Origin: Candidatus Micrarchaeota archaeon
GTDB lineage: Archaea; Micrarchaeota; Micrarchaeia; Anstonellales; Bilamarchaeaceae
Reading direction: 5' to 3'
NCBI GenBank assembly: GCA_040753215.1
Contig: JBFMEZ010000007.1
Coordinates: 1 to 23,084, forward strand
Length of the DNA stretch: 23,084 nt
Shown here: piece after piece, positions 17,854-23,084 of the stretch
How the letters are laid out: each line of letters begins with the position of its first letter
Position numbering within the stretch: the stretch's first letter is position 1
The notes under the pieces: generated by a model
What the model was told of the DNA's origin: nothing
Databases searched by the model: none
The model's input: only the letters and a program-made list of their open reading frames with translations
Program-made: the position numbers and the translations under genes

Positions 17854-18003
17854 CTACCCCCTCCCCTTCATCCTGGCAAAGCACTCCCTGCAATAGACCG
17901 GCCTCCCAACCGTTGGCTCAAAAGGCACCTCGCACTCCCTTCCGCAGTTGGAGCAGATGGCGGGCCACATCTTCCGGCCTTCCCTGGTTTCGCTCTCATC
18001 CAT
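17854..18003 (-). CDS. CxxC-x17-CxxC domain microprotein (49 aa), not in ORF track
   Basis: Manual translation MDESETREGRKMWPAICSNCGRECEVPFEPTVGRPVYCRECFARMKGRG. Confidence 0.88.
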   Translation of the reverse strand: MDESETREGRKMWPAICSNCGRECEVPFEPTVGRPVYCRECFARMKGRG

Positions 18004-18064
18004 AAGAATCCCTGAGCAGATATGCATCGGAAGATGCTAAAAGGTTTCTTTCCCTACTATCCGC

Positions 18065-18523
18065 GTGGTGCAGCAGGTAAAGGTAAGGATTTTCCAGCCG
18101 TCCGTGCTCCAGAACCGCCTGAAGCTCATTGGCGCAGCATTCCTGGGCGCGTGGAACGAGAAGGACACCTATTTCCTCCAGCCCGCGGGCTGCTTCCTGA
18201 AGATAAAGCGCAGGAAGGATTCGGCATTCCTTGTGAAGCTGAGGAGAAACGGCGGGGGGGCCTTCAGGAAAGAGGTCAGGCGCCTGGCAGACCCCGGGAG
18301 GAGGGAGAAAGAGCTGGCTGAAAAATTCGGCGTCATGAACGTAATAGAAAAGCGCGTGCGCGCCTACGGCTATAAGGGCTCCGCCCTTGGAATACACTCC
18401 ATCCCGGAGCTTGGCGACTTTCTGGTAATCGAGGCCGGTTTTGCGGAAACGGGAGAAATACTGAGGAAGCTGGGGATTGAGAAGCCGCAATTCGTTACGC
18501 TCGCATTTTCAGAAATGCTTTAG
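18065..18523 (+). CDS. CYTH/class IV adenylate cyclase-like protein with degenerate ExExK motif
   Basis: VKVR, EKDTYF, LKIKR, IEKRVRAY, I.ELGDFLVIE, LGI pattern. GTG start. Confidence 0.65.
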   Translation: MVQQVKVRIFQPSVLQNRLKLIGAAFLGAWNEKDTYFLQPAGCFLKIKRRKDSAFLVKLRRNGGGAFRKEVRRLADPGRREKELAEKFGVMNVIEKRVRAYGYKGSALGIHSIPELGDFLVIEAGFAETGEILRKLGIEKPQFVTLAFSEML

Positions 18524-19068
18524 AATACTCCTTCCTTTCTTGCATAGAATACAGCCCAGACAAGAATAAGAAGCGCGGAAGCCGCAACCCCGATTTGTAT
18601 AAAAGGAACAGTGGTTTCCGCAGATTCCTGTGCAATACCAATGCTCCTGTCCGCAGCCATCGGTGCAGCTTCCGGAGCAGCAGCTCCCGCCGCAAGCATT
18701 TCTTCCATAACAACCTGTTCCTGTGCAGGCTGCATCGCAATAAGCATGTTGAGCACCGCAGCTCCCGCCGCAATTATGCTGAGCCCCAGTATTATCCAGA
18801 CCCTCAGCTCATGCGGCTCAGCGATGCTCCTCCCCTTCCCCGTGAGTTCGTAATATTTCCACTTCCTCCCCTCGTCCACCTGCACAACCAGGCCGGCGCC
18901 CGAAAGCACGCCAAGGTGCTCCTTCATCGTTGAGGGCGACAAACCCAGTTCCGATGAAAGCTCGGTGAGCGTCTTCCTCCTCTTCAGTAGGGATTTGAGC
19001 GCCCTCACCCTCGTCTCCCCTGCAAGAGCCTCAAAGCTCCTCCTGTCAAGCTTTATCGATTCGTCCAT
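18520..19068 (-). CDS. ArsR-like winged-helix transcriptional regulator with two C-terminal TM helices
   Basis: FEALAGETRVRALKSL..RRKTLTELS..LGLS.STMKEHL..L..AGLV...DEGRKWKYYELT, then two hydrophobic helices. Confidence 0.85.
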   Translation of the reverse strand: MDESIKLDRRSFEALAGETRVRALKSLLKRRKTLTELSSELGLSPSTMKEHLGVLSGAGLVVQVDEGRKWKYYELTGKGRSIAEPHELRVWIILGLSIIAAGAAVLNMLIAMQPAQEQVVMEEMLAAGAAAPEAAPMAADRSIGIAQESAETTVPFIQIGVAASALLILVWAVFYARKEGVF

Positions 19069-19128
19069 AACCCTTCACTTCTTTGCAGGCATTAATCCAT
19101 TTTTCCTTTTGTTTCGGGATTATCCCAA

Positions 19129-20355
19129 TCATCCGCATTTCTCTTCATATTCCTCAAGGAAGAGGAGCGCCTGCAGGTTGTCGTATGCGTTCGCCCTCCC
19201 CCCGAAGGCGATTGAGCCGTAAAGCGGGGACCCGGTATCCGCGACGAAATATTCCAGCAGCTTGTCCCTTATCTCCGCTGCGCTGCCGCACCTCTCCAGC
19301 TTTGCCGCCAGCCTGCCCACGGCCGCATACGTGGCCGCGTCTTCCGAGCCGCCGGGCACGCCGTTGAATTGCAGTATGTATGAAGCGCTTATCCTGTCAT
19401 CCCTGTTCAGCTCATTCGTAAGCTTTCCGAACGTTATCACCGCGGGCTCAAGCGTTTGTATGTCCGCCAGCGCGATTGCGGTGGCTGCAATCCCCGTAGT
19501 CTGCGCCGAATCCATGCCCGCTCCATAGTCGCAGGCCGGGCCTGCGGCATCGTACTCCGGCCAGAACAGCCCGCTTTCCTGGCAGCCGAGCACATGCGAC
19601 CTCGTCCTTTCCATTACGCTCGTCCATTCCTCGCTCTCCGCCGCGAGGCGCTGCATCGCCTTCCACTCCGGCCCGGCGGTGCTCATCCTTGTGGATGGGA
19701 ATATCCTCCCGCCGCCCCAGGACACCTCCTTCATGAGTATATTGTTGTAAACCGCATAGGCAAGCAGGGAATCCGAAATCCTCTTTGCGGCGTTTGCGTA
19801 CTCCGCACCGCCCCACCTCTCCTTCGCGTCCTGCAGCATGCGCACTATCCTTATGTCGTTAGCGGTGGTTGCGTGGTACTTCCCGTCCCTCAGCTTCGGC
19901 GAAAAGGAGGAATCCAGCTCCTCATACGCGAGGGAGATTGCGGGGTCGAGCTGCTTTTCCTCCAGGAACGATAACTCCCTGTCAAACAGGGTCCGGTTGC
20001 CCGTTTCCAGCGCGTATTCCATCACGAGCCAGACCGTTTCGGAGGGGTATGCGGCCGCGTCCGAGGCCTTTTTCACCCCGCCTTCCGGCCCAGTCAGCCT
20101 GTTGAACACATACCATTCTATCAGCTTCTGCCTGTCCGCGGTCTGGGGCGGAGGCGCAATCACGGGCAGGGGCTGCGGCTGTGCCGGCGGCGTTTCATTT
20201 ACCGCCGGCTCCTGCGGGGGCTGCGCAGGCGGAGCCGTTGGCGCCTGCCCGCCTCCGGTTCCCTGTTCCCCGCTTCCGGTTTCCGGCTGCGGACCTGGCA
20301 GCGTGCATCCCAAAACCAAAACCCCGAAAACAAGAAGGGCAATTATGCTTTTCAT
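19129..20355 (-). CDS. Lipoprotein with Pro-rich linker and GH8-like (alpha/alpha)6 barrel
   Basis: Lipobox VLVLGC. SET..LVMEYA...GNR..FD and ATTANDIRI..ML..A..RW....Y resemble GH8 motifs. Confidence 0.55.
   Translation of the reverse strand: MKSIIALLVFGVLVLGCTLPGPQPETGSGEQGTGGGQAPTAPPAQPPQEPAVNETPPAQPQPLPVIAPPPQTADRQKLIEWYVFNRLTGPEGGVKKASDAAAYPSETVWLVMEYALETGNRTLFDRELSFLEEKQLDPAISLAYEELDSSFSPKLRDGKYHATTANDIRIVRMLQDAKERWGGAEYANAAKRISDSLLAYAVYNNILMKEVSWGGGRIFPSTRMSTAGPEWKAMQRLAAESEEWTSVMERTRSHVLGCQESGLFWPEYDAAGPACDYGAGMDSAQTTGIAATAIALADIQTLEPAVITFGKLTNELNRDDRISASYILQFNGVPGGSEDAATYAAVGRLAAKLERCGSAAEIRDKLLEYFVADTGSPLYGSIAFGGRANAYDNLQALLFLEEYEEKCG
20254..20288. repeat. Heptamer tandem array (5 units) inside the lipoprotein linker
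   Basis: tccggtt ccctgtt ccccgct tccggtt tccggct. Confidence 0.55.
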
Positions 20356-20401
20356 GGGCAGATTTGCGCCGCGAAGTAATATAAATGTCGCTGGGTGCCT
20401 T

Positions 20402-20436
20402 TACTGTTTCCGGTTGCCAGTTTCCGGTTCTCGGCC
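20402..20436. repeat. Heptamer tandem array (5 units), intergenic
   Basis: tactgtt tccggtt gccagtt tccggtt ctcggcc. Confidence 0.6.
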
Positions 20437-20615
20437 CATTCTCCTTATGCACACGAACATCTGGTTGCAGTTCTATAACCAGTGTTTGCGTAAGGAGTAT
20501 GTTCAGAGCGTTGCAAAGAGGATAGGAAAACTGATGGGGGAGAAAATCAGAAAGTACCGTAGAGAATGAAAGGAGGGGGATGATGAGGATACGGCAGCCC
20601 CATCCTTGCGTTCTT

Positions 20616-20689
20616 CGCCCTCAAGGGGATTTGAACCCCTGTCCCGGGCTCCGGAGGCCCGCGTCCTGTCCAGGCTAGACTATGAGGGC
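20616..20689 (-). tRNA. tRNA-Arg (anticodon CCG), intronless, CCA not encoded
   Basis: GCCCTCA/TGAGGGC acceptor stem plus G discriminator. Anticodon arm CGGGC-CTCCGGA-GCCCG. T arm AGGGG-TTCAAAT-CCCCT. Confidence 0.96.
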
Positions 20690-20691
20690 AG

Positions 20692-20726
20692 GTCAGTTAC
20701 CGGTTTCCACTCTACAGTTTCCGGCA
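20692..20726. repeat. Heptamer tandem array (5 units) immediately 5' of tRNA-Arg
   Basis: gtcagtt accggtt tccactc tacagtt tccggca. Confidence 0.5.
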
Positions 20727-20777
20727 TGAGGAATAGCACTAACATATTTTTAACCACTACGCGACAAATCAGGCTGC

Positions 20778-21389
20778 ATGTCCCAGGAAAGGGTGCTCCA
20801 TGCGCGGGCTGCGAAGCCGGGAAGGCAACTGCCTGAGCTTAAGAAGGTGCGGGCTTTCCGCAAGGCGCACGGAATAAGCCCGGAACAGGGAAAGAAGCCA
20901 GGCGACTACTCCACCCTGATCACGCAGCTTCACGAGAACATGGTCCATTCAGGCAGGGTTGAAAAGGGCAATGCTGGATTGGCAAGAACCGCCCTCACCC
21001 AAATTGCCGATTCAATGAGCCAGTTTCCTATAATCGGCAACAAGAGAAAAGCCCTGTGCTGCATCGTTGAAATCTGTCTCGCATACAGCGACCCCATCAG
21101 GATGCTCGAGATGTTTCGCAGCTCCTACACGCTCATTTGTGAAATTGCAGAAGTGATACAGGCAGGGAGAAAGCTGCCTGTTGGCCAGGGCCGCCGGGAG
21201 GAAGCGGAGAGGTTCGCACAAGACCTGCGCCGCTTCACGAGCATAATGGGCCTCAGGGAAATAAGGAGGAATGCGGTGGAGGGGATGAATGGCTCGCACA
21301 GCACCTATGAGATACCATTCGTAACCCGGCAGCAGCTTGACCAGATTGCCCGCAGCGATTTGAAGAGCAACTGGAGGCCCGACTGGTAG
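20778..21389 (+). CDS. Hypothetical protein (203 aa)
   Basis: Long ORF filling the gap between tRNA and DUF2769. AT-rich TATA-like site near 20748. No recognised motif. Confidence 0.55.
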   Translation: MSQERVLHARAAKPGRQLPELKKVRAFRKAHGISPEQGKKPGDYSTLITQLHENMVHSGRVEKGNAGLARTALTQIADSMSQFPIIGNKRKALCCIVEICLAYSDPIRMLEMFRSSYTLICEIAEVIQAGRKLPVGQGRREEAERFAQDLRRFTSIMGLREIRRNAVEGMNGSHSTYEIPFVTRQQLDQIARSDLKSNWRPDW

Positions 21390-21446
21390 GCCTATTCTGA
21401 AGAGATGTATATTTTTCCGAATTTTTTTGGCAAATCCAGACTGGGC

Positions 21447-21683
21447 TCATTTGCCTTTCGCCTTGCCGCCTATGCAGAAATAGCCGCCCATGAAGCTCTT
21501 TGCCTTGTACACCGGGCACTGCATGCAGATGCACCCGTACCTCTCAAGAGTGCAGGGCGCCTTCCCGTCCACGCAGAAAAACTTCGCCTTCGCGTTGCGC
21601 GCGCATTCGCCGTAGCTCGGGCACCTTGTGCATATGCAGCTTTCCCTGAGGTTCCCTATCGTGTCTTTCGGAGGCCTAAGCAT
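21447..21683 (-). CDS. DUF2769-like Cys-rich protein
   Basis: CIC..CPSY..C.......FC..GK..C......CIC..CPV.........YFC..GKA pattern. Confidence 0.8.
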   Translation of the reverse strand: MLRPPKDTIGNLRESCICTRCPSYGECARNAKAKFFCVDGKAPCTLERYGCICMQCPVYKAKSFMGGYFCIGGKAKGK

Positions 21684-21751
21684 GTAAGCACCGGTACGGA
21701 ATAGGAATGCAAGGTTTAAATAAAATGAGGTTGCCCCGGGGCATCGGCCTG

Positions 21752-21772
21752 AAATAAATAAAAAAATAAAAA
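21752..21772 (-). terminator. T-rich tract, possible archaeal terminator for the CxxC-x17-CxxC gene
   Basis: aaataaataaaaaaataaaaa on the + strand (oligo-T on the - strand), about 35 nt after the stop at 21806. Confidence 0.35.
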
Positions 21773-21805
21773 CGGATCTCCTACTTCCTTAGTTTTACCT
21801 AAAGA

Positions 21806-21949
21806 TTAGAATTTCCTGTGCTTCCTGAAGCATTCCCTGCAATAAACGGGCCTGCCCTCAGTCGGCTTGAAGGGAACCTGGCATGACTGCCCGCAATCGC
21901 TGCAGACTGCATCGTGCATTTCCCTGTCCGGTCTGTCTCCTCTGTCCAT
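21806..21949 (-). CDS. CxxC-x17-CxxC domain microprotein (47 aa), not in ORF track
   Basis: Manual translation MDRGDRPDREMHDAVCSDCGQSCQVPFKPTEGRPVYCRECFRKHRKF. Confidence 0.9.
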   Translation of the reverse strand: MDRGDRPDREMHDAVCSDCGQSCQVPFKPTEGRPVYCRECFRKHRKF

Positions 21950-21973
21950 TTTTTCACTTCTTTTTTCTTTCTT

Positions 21974-22042
21974 TCCCGAAGAAGGGGCAGTGATGCCTCT
22001 CCCTCCTCAGGATGTACATATTGCCGCATCCCGGTATTTAAA
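21974..22042 (-). promoter_or_regulatory. TATA box (22035-22042) followed by a 39-nt 5'-UTR hairpin (21974-22012)
   Basis: TTTAAATA, then UCCUGAGGAGGG-AGA-GGCA-UCAC-UGCC-CCUUCUUCGGGA. Confidence 0.55.
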
Positions 22043-22075
22043 CCTATGTTTTTTGAAAAAAAGGGGGATAGCGGG

Positions 22076-22897
22076 CTATTCCGCTATCTCAAACGACGCC
22101 GAAGCCGAGACGCTCACCGTGAGCTGGCCCGGCGAGAAAGAAGTGCCCGCCGCCTCCATCGCAAAGGCCCTGGGCTCCGGCACGAATATGCCCCCGACGC
22201 TTGCGGAAGCCACCTTTCCCACCGATACGCCAAGCCCGGAAGCTATCCTTTCCGCCTGGCCCCTGGCATCCGCCATCGCCTCGGCCACAAGGCTCTCCTC
22301 TATGGCCTTCCTCGTCTCGTCCTTGAGCGTAAAGGACACGTAATCCACCCTGTTCGCCCCGGAGCGCACCGCTGCGTCAACGAGCGCCCCTGCGGAATCC
22401 AGGTTCCCGCTCTTCACGGAGAGCATGTGGATTGTTTTGTAGCCGGTTATCTCATCCACCCAGGTTGCCTCCCAGTCCCCGCAGAACGGGTTTTCCGCGG
22501 GGCAGACCTTCCTGCTCCTCGTAAGCGGATAGACCGCGTAAGACGAGGTCTGTATACCCCCCTCCGCGATGCCGTTCGCCATGAGCGATGCCTTCACCGC
22601 ATTTATGGCTTCCGCATTCGCAGACTGCGATGCGGACGCGGTCTCCCCCTGGCTCTCGGCCCCCAGCGAAAGCACCAGCTCGTCGGGCTGCACATCCGTC
22701 TGCGCAATCCCGCCCGCAAAAATAAGGTGCTCGGGGGGCGTCGCGGTCACGTTGCTTATCGCTATTTCCACCGGCCTGGGGCTGAGCACCGAGACAAGCA
22801 CTCCCCCCACAAGGATGATGAGGACGAAGAAGAGCGCAAGCCGCAGCCCGCTGTCGCACAGCGGATGTTCGCATATTTCCTCTTTTTCCTTTGCCAT
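22076..22897 (-). CDS. SIMPL (DUF541) domain protein with N-terminal TM helix
   Basis: G......PD...LSLG.E, IQTSSYAVYP, G.LVDAAVRSGANRV..VSF.L, EAMADAR.QAE.IA..LGV.VG, PGQLTVSVS.S..FEI. AGGTGG SD before MAKEK. Confidence 0.9.
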   Translation of the reverse strand: MAKEKEEICEHPLCDSGLRLALFFVLIILVGGVLVSVLSPRPVEIAISNVTATPPEHLIFAGGIAQTDVQPDELVLSLGAESQGETASASQSANAEAINAVKASLMANGIAEGGIQTSSYAVYPLTRSRKVCPAENPFCGDWEATWVDEITGYKTIHMLSVKSGNLDSAGALVDAAVRSGANRVDYVSFTLKDETRKAIEESLVAEAMADARGQAERIASGLGVSVGKVASASVGGIFVPEPRAFAMEAAGTSFSPGQLTVSVSASASFEIAE

Positions 22898-23084
22898 TTT
22901 CCCACCTGCGGATAGGTGGAAAGAGCACCAATATAAAGGATTCGGAACTGCCGGCTTCAGTAAATCCGAACATCTTTTACCAAACATGCACGAACCATTC
23001 ACCAAGCCAAAGTTTTTCTAACTTTTTCTTAGAAAGGGCCCCATAGCCCTAGTCGGCGACCGGGCTATGGAGCGTGTGTTGTAT

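Noticed and set aside
20447..20569. 40-aa ORF MHTNIWLQFYNQCLRK...
   Set aside because: No SD, motif or other support, so it cannot be distinguished from chance.
20580..21400. Integrated element at tRNA-Arg
   Set aside because: No integrase, and I found no convincing duplication of the tRNA 3' end in the window.
1477..22915. Many antisense or alternate-frame ORFs in the track (e.g. 1477-2400, 12018-12833, 19838-20569, 21914-22915)
   Set aside because: They are shadows of well-supported genes in GC-rich sequence and carry no motifs.
1..23084. CRISPR array, rRNA or transposase
   Set aside because: No regularly spaced repeats, rRNA-like sequence or transposase motifs were seen.

Overview
Archaeal chromosomal window with TATA-like promoters, GGAGGTG-type SD sites and a CCA-less tRNA. 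The gene content suggests a DPANN/Micrarchaeota-like lineage (inference only). Left: a 5'-truncated beta-helix surface protein, a small secreted Tyr/Cys-rich protein, and a compact cluster of a radical SAM enzyme (CX10CX2C), a UbiA-family prenyltransferase and a 1086-aa tandem phosphodiesterase-sulfatase-like protein. Middle: VOC-Zn-ribbon, BofA-like and ligand-less cupredoxin proteins, FBP aldolase/phosphatase, and an ATP-cone class II ribonucleotide reductase with three inteins. Right: SelB-like factor, two CxxC-x17-CxxC microproteins missing from the ORF track, CYTH-like, membrane-anchored wHTH, GH8-like lipoprotein, tRNA-Arg(CCG), DUF2769 and SIMPL proteins. The most striking observation is the middle nrdJ intein. 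It has an intact LAGLIDADG endonuclease, sits in the specificity loop (QGG|KRRGAN), and is followed by Lys instead of the Cys/Ser/Thr needed for canonical splicing, with altered block F residues. Also notable are the rSAM-UbiA-phosphodiesterase/sulfatase module, four degenerate 5-unit heptamer arrays, and two structured leader hairpins.
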